A stretch of DNA of 64,000 nt from Azolla caroliniana (Eukaryota; Plantae; Polypodiophyta): contig JBHGNT010000016.1 of NCBI GenBank assembly GCA_043228905.1, forward strand, positions 7,006,001 to 7,070,000, read 5' to 3'. The notes under the pieces are model-generated. The model did not search any database. It was not told the origin of the DNA and saw only the letters and a list, made by a program, of their open reading frames with translations. Each line of letters opens with the position of its first letter. Within the stretch, counting starts at the first letter, position 1. Made by a program: the position numbers and the translations under genes. Positions 23,869-37,329 of this stretch are shown here, in pieces.

Positions 23869-26800
23869 ATTCTTGTACAAATCCAACATCATGTAGTGTA
23901 GATTGAACATTGGAAGTTCCTAGCTTGCATGCATCCTCATTGAACTAGCTTGCACACATTCTCCTACATTCTCTATTGCATGCATCCTCATGCATACTCT
24001 ATTTCTAGTTGGCTTACATAGCCCTACCTTCTTGTATAAATACTCAGGTGCACCTTGATTCTAATCAAGGTGAACAAGACCAGTTACAGATTCTATAAGT
24101 TAAGTTCTTGTTCTTTTCCTCTCTTTTGTTTTCTAGTCTTGTCTTCGCTCTGCTCTATTATACTTGTCCGTGATAATTTGTTCACCATGCCCTCTTCTTG
24201 CTACCATGTCGGGCTCCGTCAACAACCTAAACCAAGTCATGGCAGCCTTGCAACAACTTTAGCTAGAGAATGAAATCCTTCGGGAATCATTACGAGAGTT
24301 GTAATGCGGCACTTCAAGAAAACCACCACCCGCCCAGTCACAACCACCATTGGCACCTAGCATGACCACGTCCTCTTCCCATCCATATGTCCTTGAACCA
24401 ACCATTAGCCTACCAGACAAATTCAATGACACGAGGGTGTATCTTCACGGCTTCATCAACCAAATTCGGCTTATCATCTGGTTACAGCCCTAACAGTATA
24501 CTAAAGACTTTTTTCGGGTTCGGCTTGTTGGCATGGTTCTCTCCAGGCCAGCGCAAGCGTGGTTTGCACCCTTGATCGAGACCTCATCCCTCTCTTAGAA
24601 AACTTCATCGCTTTCATTGAGGAGGTCGAAGCGACATTTGGCGAGACAGACCGGCGACGAACAACACTCACAAAGCTTTATTCTTTTCAATAAGGCTCAC
24701 GTCCAGCCTCGGTCTATGCCTCAGAGTTCCGTCAGATTGCTTGCAATGTCAGTTGGGATGACCAAGCCCTATGCGCCCATTTCCTTCATGGTCTCTAAAA
24801 TGATGTCAAGACTCTTCGCTCAAACTTCCCGGAACCCACATCATCGTTTCAAGTAATCTCCCAAGTTGTCCAGTGTGACAATCGTCTCTTCGAATTTCAT
24901 CAAGAAGAACGAGGTACTCATGGGTCTCAGGCTTCTTCCGAAAACGCATCAATCGCCAGGCCCTACTTGTCTCCCATGCAAACCTTACCATCACCCAATG
25001 ATACCCATACCACGATAGAGGTTGATTTCCATACCCCGATGGAGATCGACCACACTCAATTCCAACTACTAACTGAAGCCCAACGCCAACATCGTTTGGA
25101 CAATGGACTCTGTCTCTATTGTGGCAACCCCAGCTATGTCATCTGTGGCACCAATTCCATCGTGCACGTCTTGTGGAAGTTCGTCAACAACAGGAAAACG
25201 ACCAAGTTCGACTGCAGTAGGAGCCATGTTGCTGGTCACTTCCGTTACTCACCTTCTCCATGCTCCTACAAGTCCATTCAGCCATTAGGAGGGTTCTCTT
25301 TGCAAGTACATCTTTGTTTGGTTCGACTTCAATACATTCTCATGCCTTGCTCGACTCTGGAGCATCAACTTGCTTTATCGATAAATCGTTTGTCCACGCA
25401 CATAATATCCACACCGTCCGCACATCACAACCCATATCCATTGACGCAATCGGCGGTCGGGATCTCTCTTCGGGGGCGGTTATCAAAGCTACTCTCCCAT
25501 TGGTATTTCAAGTCGGGGTGCATCAAGAGGAACTCATGTTCTACCTCATCGCAACCCCTCGACATTCAATTGTGTTGGGGCTATCTTCGTTGGAGATACA
25601 CAATCCGACGGTGGATTGGTGTAACCACTCCATCACTTTTCCATTAAGGCCAATTCCTACTAGGTCACGACACTCTCTTGATTCCGTTGCGGTCGAGTCC
25701 GGTTTGGTCTCTAGATTGGCCGTTGTGTCGGGGGACATCACCATTCCTGTCAACAATTTACTCGTTTGATATAGCGATTTTTCTGACATCTTCAAAAAGC
25801 GGAATGCCAATCAGTTCCCGGCTCATCGCCCCTACGATTACCTAATCGAACTCCAAGATGGCGAGCATCCCCCATTCGGTCCTATCTATGGGTTATTTGA
25901 ACCCGAACTTGAAGGTCTCCGCACATATCTGGCTGAGAATCTCGCAAAGGGCTTCATTCAACCCTCCAAATGAACGGCTAGGGCACCAATCTTATTTGTC
26001 AAAAAGAAAGACGGCTCCTTACGCTTATGTGTCGATTATCGGGGTCTCAACAAAGTTACGATGCGTAATCGTTACCCCCTACCCTTCATTCCAACGCTCC
26101 TCGATCAACTCAAAACTGAGCATATCTTCTCCAAAATCGACCTTCAGGGCACCTACAATTTGGTGCACATCAAGCCTAGGGACGAGTGGAAAACGGCCTT
26201 TTCGGACACGCTATGGACATTTCAAGTACAAAGTGATGTCATTCGGCCTTACCAACGCTCCGGCTGTCTTCCAACACAAGATGAACGATCTTTTTGGAGA
26301 CTATCTCGATCATTTCGTGGGCATCTACCTTGACGACATCCTAGTTTCTTCTTCCAACTGTGAGGAGCACACACAACACGTCCGGCTGGTTCTCACCATA
26401 CTCTGGGAATATGGGCTCTTCCCCAAAAGTGAGAAATGTGAATTCAATAGGACCTCTGTCGAATTCCTGGGTTACCTGATCTCACCTTCCGGGATCACAA
26501 TGGATGAACGCAAGGTAGCGGCAATCACTGATTGGCCTCTCTCGATTCGACTGAAAGAGGTACAATCGTTTCTTGGTTTTGCAAATTTTTATAGACGATT
26601 ATAGACGAGTTCTCTTCCCTAGTCCAACCTCTCATCCAGCTTACCCGGAAGGTTACTCCATTTCTTTGGACCCCCGTAGGACACAATGCTTTTAATGCCC
26701 TCAAAACATCTTTTCTCTCTGCCCTCGTGTTAGTCCACCCCGACCCCACCCGCCCTTTTTAGGTTGAAACCGACGCCTCCGACTTTATATAGGTGCGGTC

Positions 26801-27012
26801 TTGTCTCAACCCAACGAAGATGGCACCCTACATCCGGTCGCCTTCTACTCTCAGAAATTTATAGCCCCGGAAATCAATTATCCAGTCTACGACAAGGAGC
26901 TTGCAACTATCATCTCGGCCTTCGCCGAATGGCAACCCATTCTGGTTGGGGCCCAACATCGTATTCAAGTGCTGACCGACCACGAGAATCTCATCTACTT
27001 CACCGCCACTCA

Positions 27013-29300
27013 TAACAAAGTGATGTCAGTAAAAAAGAATCATCGTGCATACATTCTATCTAACCGACTCCATGTTTGTCTACGTTGAGTAGATTGGAAG
27101 ATAAAACTTGGATCATTCCCACGCAACCATGTCCAAACATTGAACTTCAAAACATCCCAAGCAAGTTGCTTAGGATCATCCATGATTGAATGTTTAGACG
27201 TAGATTGAGATGCATCAACACACCTGTTAAAATCACCCATAAGTAATCCTGGACGACCCACACACAGGGTTTAAAGGAGTGAACCCCATAATGCAATACA
27301 TTGAGTGGCTTGGTTAGGGGCATAAATCCCAACCACCCACACAACCTCGCCAAAAAAAGTGATTTCAAGAACAAAAAACTGACCATAAGGATCATTATGC
27401 ACCACTTGAGGATAATATTTATCCCGCACGATTAATACCACACCAGAATAGTGATTATTAAGAAATCCTGCATAAAATGATGAAAATATCCATGCAAATG
27501 AACTGTGGATCCTTATAACTCATGACACTTGTGCTCAACTGCAGATAATATATCCCATTCTCGACTTAACAAAGTTTCCTATAATATATAGAACATGTCA
27601 CTCTCACATTCCATGTTACCACTTTCATTCAATCAACAATGTTATGGGTGCACTTGGTCCTTTAGAGCAACTGATGTCATGAAACTATTCAAAGCATGTT
27701 CCAATGTTACATATGGATTTTCATGCACCACATCCTTAAGGTTGTCTATCGAAATCTTTAGCTTCGGTCCTCCTATTTGACAGAAACCTTGAGAATTCGA
27801 TGAATTTACAACTCGTCCCAATTAATCAAATTATTGGGCAAAGTATTACATTGCATATTTATTGATTTCCTCTTTGACTTGCCCTTAACCTGATGCCAAT
27901 CTTTGTCAACAACAACATGAGTAGTAGTTCTATCCAACGGTTTTTTCCCCTTATCTATAACCACTAATCTTTGTTTTTCCATATCCATTGATTGAGTTCC
28001 CTTATTCTTAGGGCCCAAACCTTGAAGTGAGACCTCTTTATAACCTACTCTAGATGATGTTCCTTCATCCATAACAACCATAGTATCTGACACACCAACA
28101 TCTCTCGCAACTCCTTCCTTACCATTCCCTTCATTAGGAACCTCTATAATTGAAGGACAATGACGGTGGCATTCTGCCATAAAGTGATCCCATTCACCAC
28201 ATCCAAAACAATTACCTGCAAATGTCTCGCACTTCAATTGAAAACAAAGTCTTTTCATACCATATGTGTTCATACACACCCATCCTGGCGTCTTACGACT
28301 TGTATCCCATAACACACAAAATCTACACTTATTTGTAGCATTTGAATGTGGAGATACCAACACTTTACCCATTTGACTCATCAACTCTGGTAAAAGTGGC
28401 CATAAAAAAGCATGCTTACAATCCACTATTACCCAAACAGGGCATTCTTGTTTTAACAAAGCATGATAGTCCACTACAGGGAACCATTGCATTACATGCA
28501 CCAATCGTTACATAGGAACTTTAGCCAACGATGCACTTTGATGTTCCGGTGAACGAAATACTACATCATAAAACCCTCGTGGTCCTAAATATATCTTTTC
28601 AACACAATTTGGTGATACGATTGTGTTCAACAATTTTTTAATCCAATTAATGTATTGGAGTTTCCTTGTAAAAAATAATATTGTTGCACGATCATAGAAT
28701 ACATCAAAAGATTGCAACATTGCCTTAGCATCAACTTGCACATCATGCACATCCTCATTAATGCATTATTTCGTTGCATTTTCATTTTCTTCCACAATAT
28801 CAGACAACAAGGTATTGGCAATTCCCCATAAATTATCCCAATTACAATGATCCTTGTCAACCTTATCTACATGTATTATTTCGGCATATGTCATTTTTTT
28901 CTCATTTTTTTCCTCAATACCCTTAAACCTATTAGAGCTTCCAATGTCTTCCCTTTCAAGATTACATTCAACCATCACATTACTCTTTTTTTTATCAATT
29001 GTTTCCATATCGATATCCCAACAATTTGTGAGGAATTCATGTTCATATCCATTATTCTTGATGTGATATCGATCCGGGATAAAAACAAGTTTCCATGAAC
29101 AAGAGAGACAACCGGAACTCACCCGATTGAAGAGATCGAAGATGATGAAAACAATAGAAGACCCACAATGTGCGTTGAGTATGTGGATGCCGACAACTCA
29201 AGATTCCTTATTTCTATCAGTGCTTCTCGTACAGACCATCAAATTTAACTTGTTATATCTCGTTACGAAGCTCTAATCGATGGCTTTCTAACGCTTGTCT
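27013..29300 (-). mobile_element. L1-clade LINE, 5' segment (ORF1 and AP endonuclease)
   Basis: ORF1 DUF4283-like region (LGPRGFYDVVF) and zinc knuckle CFGCGEWDHFMAEC. Endonuclease LMGDFN and SRLDRMY. The 5' boundary is approximate. Confidence 0.85.
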
Positions 29301-30186
29301 TTATGCTCAATTCCGTTGACAGTAGAGAGCGCAGCAATAAAAACAAATTCGCTTCTTCTTCTTCCTCTCTCCACTCTTGCTTTTCTCTCTCTCTCACCCA
29401 CACTCAAGACCTCTGGTTGTTTTTGCCCGTGAGTCACTATGCATATATGTAAGTCGAGTGTATCGAGGGCGTGTACAAACTCAAATCCTTGCTATAAATT
29501 AGACAATATTATATCTAGTGTTGTGACGAGTACACGATAAGAGCTCGAGAAACGAGATGGGTAACATTATACTAAAATTACCTTGTTAAGCACTCGCATG
29601 TAGTCGTGTTGTTTTGCTCATTAATACACATGCATATGTATCCGTATCAATACGATTTAGGGTGGACGATATAGTACACAAAGTTTGGGAGCAAAGTTTG
29701 GGAAGTGTTTCTTGTTTAATCTATCGAGTCTCATTTCATGTCTAAAATATTGAGAAATGATGCAACATTACCACTATAAGCTTAAATGAATTTAGTAGAA
29801 GCTTCAACTATTCTGATTACCGCGTTCAATACTTCAACTTGGTGTTTTATTGAATGGGGCAAATGGATGAGACATTCATAAGTGCAGTAAGTTTAGAAAG
29901 GTTGGATGATGGATTGAGATTTATATAAATGCATGGGTTCATGGTGAACTCAATAGATGGATGGTGAGTGTAGTGTTGCATCATACACAATGCAAATCAA
30001 CTTGATCTACTACGGGTTGGGCATGTTAAGTCATTTTTCATGCTTTGTCTGCTAAATATTATCTTCTGTTAGGAAACATAGTTGATTTGAACCATCAGCC
30101 TTGAATTTGGTTCATTTTGAAAAGATGTTTCTTCTAAAGCCCGACTAACCAACATGATCTCAAAGCAGTTGTTTTTAACCCTTGAA

Positions 30187-30772
30187 TGTGATCCACATGG
30201 AGTCAAGATCAACAAGATGGGCAACAAGGAAATCATGGCAAATGCAAATAGATCACACAAGATTTTTACGTGGAAAACCCCAAATTGCAGAAAAACCACA
30301 AGACCTTAGGATACCAAAACTTCCACTATAACTCAATGTACAAGTGGGTACAACCTCTCTAGATATATCTTTGAGAATACCCGAGCATCAAGGCACCAAC
30401 CTTGATAACAATCTTCACCCAACAAGATGGATGGAACAACAAAGATAAGAAACACAAAACAATAGAGAACCTGATTTGGAGAACATGAAATGATGATCCA
30501 ACCATTGGATGTGTGTCCTCAAAATCGCAAAGAGATTCTCCACTACCTCTCTCCCTTTTATTCTCTTCTATCTCTTCTATCTTCTCTACCACGTCTACCC
30601 TAACTTTACTTCATATATCTATATACAATTATATATATATATATATATATATACCTTCAATTTTCATCCTTTCAGCCCCCATTCGGCCCTTCGGCCCTTT
30701 TAACCCCTACAAGTAGCACTAGTCAACGTCCAAATATCATTTGGACTTCTTCTCCCATGCGGAGGGACAACA
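30187..30772 (-). mobile_element. Possible solo LTR (Copia-like)
   Basis: GGTTTTT...GGGGTTTTCCACGTAAAAATCTTGTGT on the minus strand is a U5-type motif common in plant Copia LTRs. A (TA)n TATA region and an AACA end are present, but no TSD was found and the boundaries are uncertain. Confidence 0.4.
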
Positions 30773-31422
30773 CAAGCTTTAACCAAACTTGGAAGAGATG
30801 AAGAGAGTATTTCAAGGGCCAACTGCAGCTAACATCCATGTTCTTGTGCATTCTCATTACATCATATATTTGAATTTGATATGAATATGATGTGCACCAG
30901 AATTCTGGATGACTAATTTATCTTAACATGAAGGGCTGCTTTCTTCAATACAAGGGTCAATTATCGAAGTTAGTACACATATACACGTGCCAATGATATT
31001 GTTGGGAATGATTTGATGTGTAAGCATGTGAATTAGAGCATCTCTTTTGGCAAAGGCCTTACAAACAGGCAATACAAACAATACATGAAAATGCATTGAG
31101 ACAGTGCCACGCACTTACCACAAGCCATGATAAAAAAAACCAAAGAAATCATCGTGGGTATGACATCGGTATTCACCGGGACAAAACCAGAAAACGATAT
31201 TTTGATTGTTAAATTTATCCATTGACCAAATATAGATACAGATATATACATACAAATTGGGTTTCCATTATGAAGACAGGTATATACTATCCATATATAC
31301 ATTCAAAAATGTTTGAACTATGAGATATGCAATATAGAGTTAGTTATCTGTATCATTTTACAAAATAATAAGTACCACTGGGAGAAGAACAGAACAGAGA
31401 GCATTCCTTTGTTCTGCTTTGC

Positions 31423-34400
31423 TCAAAGTGGCCCCATATCCATCACAAGTTCATCAATCAAATCACTAAGAATGTGGGTCTCAACTTCCATGGAAACATC
31501 ACAAGCCTCCTGGGCGAAATCCACCCACTTCCCACTACCGGTGTTCATGGAGTTCTCTACCATATCATCAACATTCATGCCACATGACATGCCTTTCCAA
31601 TCATCAAGTTTTCTATGTACACCCATTGCCATGTATGATGTGGATGATAATGAATGATGCTCTGCTAGCCATGATTTGCTCTTCATATCAAGGTCTAATG
31701 CCTCCTTCACACAATCAAATACTAGCTTTCTATACCCTCGTGTGCCTTCATCATAGCTACACCACATGTCATCATTGTTTGACAATTTATCAGGCTCATT
31801 TAAGCCACATTTCCACATGTGCTTAATATCCTTTTCTAGCTTGAAGAATAAGGAAGATTCAATTAGGGTCCCAGCGAACCCTAATTTAGGAGAGAAAGAG
31901 ACATATGGAGATAAGCATGCGCTGCTCAGGATATGATTTATATATGCTCTTTCACTTTGTATTGTGTTATTTGCCTTTGACGGTACGAATGAATAGGCAT
32001 CACCTTTCAAATGTTTCTCTGCAACGAGAAAACAAGAAAATATTTACTATTACTAATAAAGATGAAAGGGGGAAATAAAAATAACTAAAAATGGAAGGAT
32101 TAATACCAGTAGCTTTTGTTAATACAGGAATTTGTAAGTAATTTGAATCATTATCCTGATAGGAATCTTGATCCCAGCATTTGTCATTGCATTCTCGAAG
32201 GGTGTGCTTTCCTGTAGGGGCCAACTTTTGAAGAACCTGCATAAGTTAAAAACATTGAATGGATGTGAATCTCTTTTCTCCCTCACTATCTCGCAGTATC
32301 GATAATAAATTTATATTCATCTAAGATTTAAACCAAAGTGAATTTACAAACATTTAAGATTTAAACAGACATTGTTTGTCCAATCAGAAGACGCTGAGAA
32401 AAGTGGCATACTTTGGTGAGGCTAAAGTTGAAGATGACACATTAAAATTGCTGAACTATGATGGAGTTGAACTGATAAAAAAAGAGAGAAACAAATCTAT
32501 CTATTTAAGGCTATCATAACTTTCATATTTGAAGGCAAACCCAAAATATTTCGTGTTAAGTATTAATCAATGTTCATCACACGATGATCTTATTTAGATT
32601 TTGTGGGATGTAACTTAGGACATATCAAAGTTTAGTATTCATTGCTCTACAAGAAGTAGCAAAAGGTAATGCAAGACTTCAAATACTGCGCAAGAGAAAG
32701 ACTTATAATGAGTCGATCAATATCCCAATGCTTCACTTTGTTGCTAATCTTCACTTAAGTCATTGCCTCAGTTTAGTTAGTTAATTTCAAATCTGCCAGA
32801 TTCTAACACAATGCTTAAATTTCAACTATTTCTCCTGATTTTAAAAGAAATATGCATTGTTCATTATCTTTACAGGCACATTCTCATACGAAAAAATATA
32901 ACCATTCTCATACCTCTGTTGTGTCATCTGAGAGTTTGTTGAATATACATGTAGAACCGGTAGAATCACCAGAGTAACACCTACTGTGGTTGTCACCAGT
33001 ATTTTGTCCAAGAGTTCCTAGATTGTCCCCATTAGCATCAAAAGAAGCATTCTCTTTTATAGTTCTTAGATTGCTGGATATATCAAATCCTGGAGTGGGT
33101 GCATGTCTTGATGATTTTTCCCCACTGATATCTTCTTCTTTGAATGTAGACTGATCCATAGATAAATTTAATGACAGAAGCAATTCCTGAAGAATGGTGG
33201 CAGTTGATTTCCCAGAATATGAAACTGCATGTATCTTTCGGGTCCTACTAGTAGAGGCTGTGTCTTCAGTTTCTTCTGTAGAAGACTTACAGATGCTTTG
33301 ACATCTACTTTCAGTGATCTCATCATGACAAAGCTTGGATACCTCCTCTCCCTCAACTGTTTCATCATAGCCAATGCTACTTTCATCATCCTCAGAATGT
33401 CCTGATGTGAAATAATTATATTGCTCATTCTGGCATTCTTCTCGTGTTTGAGTATCAGAATTCAAATCAGCATAATAAGTGCTGGAGATGTCTTCAGCTC
33501 TATGGTTATCCTCTGTGATGCAAGAGGCAGAGGATTCATTCTCAATATCATCATCAAATGACTCCAAGCCAGGAAGATTAGTTCCTCTGTTTTGCTTCCA
33601 AAGTATAGCATTTTTGTCTATAGAACTGATACTTCTTTCCTCTATTGAAGTGATACCTCTTTCCTCTATTGATGTGATGCCACTTTCCTCTATCGAAGTG
33701 ATGCCACTTTCTTCTATTGAATTGGCGCTATCTTGTTGTGTTAAAATCTCCAATTCATCTGTGCCTCCTCTCACCGCTGCCCTCTTTATAAGCAAAGACT
33801 TCAAAAGTGGGGAAGAATTCCTTGTTTCTTTTCCAGACAGGCAGGGTATCCTATCATTCTTAATGCTGATATTGTTGTTGATACAACTGTCTTTGGATTT
33901 CTCTGTACTCTCTTGAAGACTGTCACTTTGGTTTAGATGCAACTTCCGTGTGAGTGGGATTTCGTCTTTTGCCTTATTTCTCTGATGTGACCCCTTTGCC
34001 AGTTTTGACTTCACCCCTATTGGAACACAGGGCTCATTATGGTTGCATTTCCCATAATCTTTGCCTTGTGTACTTTTACCTTGCATTAATCTTTGTACAA
34101 TCTCATCTTGACGGTTCGTATTGTTTCCCAAAGATGTATGCCCTCTTTTTCTGTTGCCTGTTTGAATCATTGATGTGGATGTCTTTTCATTTCGAGCTTT
34201 TCTATCTTGCTTAACCCCAGTTTGAGCTAATGTATGATTGTGGCGAGCACGATTTGTTGATACACGCTGACGTTTAGAGCAAGTAGGTGTAGAGAGAGTC
34301 TCCTCTTCCTTTGATGCACTTCTCTCTTTCTCAGATAAAGATAGGACTGAAGTCAGATTATCATGAAGCAAAGAAGGGATGCACCTACGTTTCGAGCTAG

Positions 34401-35996
34401 TATCTAATGATGAATTCAAGTGTGCAGCCTTCTTAATTTCCGCCTTCGCTTTTCTATTCTTTTCTTCATCACATCCTGCCATTGTTGAGCTTGTGACTAG
34501 GGACCTAACAATACGAGGCTTTCTAGACAACATGCTAGATTCAGGGAGACTATTATTCCTACTTCCATGAAAGCAAACTGTATTCTTTGATGTTAATGTT
34601 CTTTTGATAGGTGAGACGATTGGCTTGTAGATTTTTGATGGTGATGGCACTGATCCTGAGACACGATCCTGCTGGGTAGATGGAGATAACATGGTCGAAG
34701 CCAACGGATTTGCAGCTTCATATCTAGTAGTAGAGACTCGAACACCGACCAGCCCATTACTGTTACCATTACCATGATTATGATGCTTGGAAGAGCATCT
34801 TTGATCTTCATTAACCCCGACCATTCTTTTCTCAAGCTTTACAGGTCTTCCTCGAAATGATGAATCATGACAACAATAGCTAACCTTTGAATCAGGGATC
34901 GCATTCAAGTTCCATGGATTCAAAGGCTGCCTTTTACTAAGGACCTCTGGAGATGGCATAGTTTCCAGCCCCATCAGCTTGGCAACGACATTCGGAGCCC
35001 TCTTCTTCTTTTTCTTCTTTTCCGGAGTATATAAACCATCTTCATCTATACTTCCTGCTCGAGTTCGAGGATGCAACGAATTGCTATTCTCACCAGCCTG
35101 AATAAAACAACAGAAGAAAAGATAATTATTTTTCTTGAATATTATCAAATTGTCTAGCTCTGATGGGAACTCACAAGAGGGCTATCTTCAGAGGGTGAAT
35201 GCTCAGCTCTGCAAGTTTTATCGACCACGGGAGTGCTGCGTCGTTCTGAGAACAAAAAGAAAATCACCTATTAGTCCAATCAATCAACCAAGCATATAAA
35301 TAATCAAAACAAGAACTACATAAACACAACCTTCTGCTTTAAGTTCTATACATGGATATACGACATATCTCTAAAAAATAGCTGATTTGAGCTATGGCCT
35401 ATGAATTTCTGTACATGGATATACAATATATCTCTAAAACATAGCTGATTTGAGCTATGGCCTATTTATCTTTCGGAAAGAATGAAATACCCATACAATG
35501 TGCATGTATTTCTGCAAGAATCGTGAATTATGAAATGGCCAACCTCTCTTTGTGAAAATATGGAAAACATTGGAAACAGGACTTGCAAGAAATCACATAT
35601 GATCAAGCTTCTGCTTGAATCTCTATATGTATTTCTGCATGTAAGCAAAATGTTAATTTGTCCAATTGCTTATCTATCTTCGAATTGAATGAATAAGCCC
35701 TGTACGTATAAAGGTATGCATGTATATGTATATCTATGCTATATATATGTAATTCTGTGTATTTGTGTATAGACGTGTTTCTCCTCTTTGTGATGGAAAA
35801 ATGAAAATTACAGAACAGAAATACCTGCAGGTAAGGATTTGCGGCGGAAGACCCGCCGTCTGTGGTGCCGGCAATTCCAATCAAAGAGCTGAAGGAAGAT
35901 GGCAGCACAAGAATTCCTGCCAAGACTCTGTTCGGATGCAGATGAGGACGCCGAAGAGAAGGTTGGGAAAAGCTTATGATGAGGTGGAAAAGCCAT
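31423..35996 (-). CDS. TON1-recruiting motif (TRM)/LONGIFOLIA-family protein with VARLMGL motif and DUF4378; exons 35825-35996, 35175-35245, 32914-35097, 32107-32236, 31423-32018; ~1050 aa
   Basis: N-terminal FLQLFDWN, PNVVAKLMGLETMP, and C-terminal RKLVFDCVKEAL...GKWVDF...EVETHILSDLIDELV. GT-AG introns have consistent phases (1,0,0,1). Confidence 0.88.
35344..35465. repeat. 63-bp tandem duplication in TRM intron 1
   Basis: TTCT(A/G)TACATGGATATAC...GATTTGAGCTATGGCCTAT occurs twice. Confidence 0.85.
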
Positions 35997-36003
35997 TCCT
36001 TTC

Positions 36004-36050
<47 letters not shown>

Positions 36051-36596
36051 AGATCAAGATAGCTGATTTAAGGGTTTTGAGTTAGATTTAGGGTTAGGGT
36101 TTAGGATTGACAGTTTCGAGTTTAAAGTAGGGACGTTAGGGTTCAGCTTTTGGTGTGCTTCGAGGACATTTCAAGTTGTGGGCGTTTATACTTTTGGGAT
36201 ATTGGCGTTTTAGGGTTTCATAGAACTGACAGAAGTGCAAAGAACCCATGGTTGGTTGCTCAAAGATGCTTCTCTGTGACTGAGGAGGTGCTGAATTAGG
36301 GCAAGGTCGATGCTGATGGGGAGGAGGAGGAGGAGGAAGAAGGCAAACATTCTGGTTCTTCTTCTTCTCTTATGCTGAATTAGGGCAAAAAAAAGGGGGC
36401 TTTTGTGGCGAGAGGGTTAAGGTTCAGGATTCCTCGGAGAAGTGAGAAGAAGAAGAAAAGTACATACATGCTAGATTTGTCAGAGGGGATTGGAGAGGCT
36501 TCTTCTTCTCTGTGGGTGCTTTGAGAGAGAGAGCAGAGCTCAGAGATTTGCAGAAACGCTCCTCCACAGAGACGTTGAAAGCTCAAATTTGAAAAT

Positions 36597-36630
<34 letters not shown>

Positions 36631-36761
36631 AAGAGGAAGAGTTTTCACACAGATCTCCATAAAAGCTTCCGACCACCATATCTCACTCCATATCAGACAC
36701 ACAAAGAGAGAGAGAGAGAGAGAGAGAGAGGCAATCAAATTTGAATGAATACAGTTCAATA

Positions 36762-36764
36762 CAC

Positions 36765-36795
<31 letters not shown>

Positions 36796-36920
36796 TTTGG
36801 AATGAATGAATGTGTGTATGTGTATGTATGTATGTATGTATGTATGTATGTATGTGTGTATATGTATGTATATGTATATATCATGTATGTATGTATGTAT
36901 GTATGTATGTATGTATGTAT
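36762..36920. repeat. (TATG)n microsatellite, with adjacent (GA)n tracts
   Basis: Direct reading of the sequence. Confidence 0.9.
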
Positions 36921-37226
36921 CTACACGCTCACTCCTTTCTTGGGTCTTGCCCACTTGTGATATCTGAGAGACAGACGGAGATACCACCCGCCCACCCATC
37001 TGCTCGGACAAAACCCTCACTCTCATAATAATACCCCGCTTAATTGTCCACTCACCATGCTTACCTTCGTCTCCGCTCTCCTGATATACATACCTCTATC
37101 CTCTCTCGTTCCCCCGCCCGAATCCTCACATCTTTCCCATCCCTAATGCTTCTCGAGAGCAATGACAAGTGCCGATATACATAATATATATGTGGGCCAT
37201 ATACTATATATATATAGTATATGGCC

Positions 37227-37267
<41 letters not shown>

Positions 37268-37329
37268 CGGATAGAGAAACAGAGAGCGAGAGAAACAAAT
37301 TTGAGACAGCGAGAAGAAGAAAAACAGGT

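Larger units (their letters stand above)
18395..27012. mobile_element. Rearranged Ty3/Gypsy chromovirus 'B' complex. Minus arm 18395-~22928: RT fragment, then PR-RT-RH-INT-CHD-LTR. Plus arm ~22929-27012: INT-CHD-LTR-gag-PR-RT-RH part
   Basis: LTRs at 18395-18732 (-) and 23777-24175 (+), each preceded by a PPT. LLDSGAS protease, three YLDDIL RT copies, and two HPQT(D/E)xQTERVNQ integrase copies. Confidence 0.92.

Noticed and set aside
36070-36110. Telomere
   Set aside because: Only a few degenerate TTTAGGG units are present; at most a telo-box in a UTR or intron.
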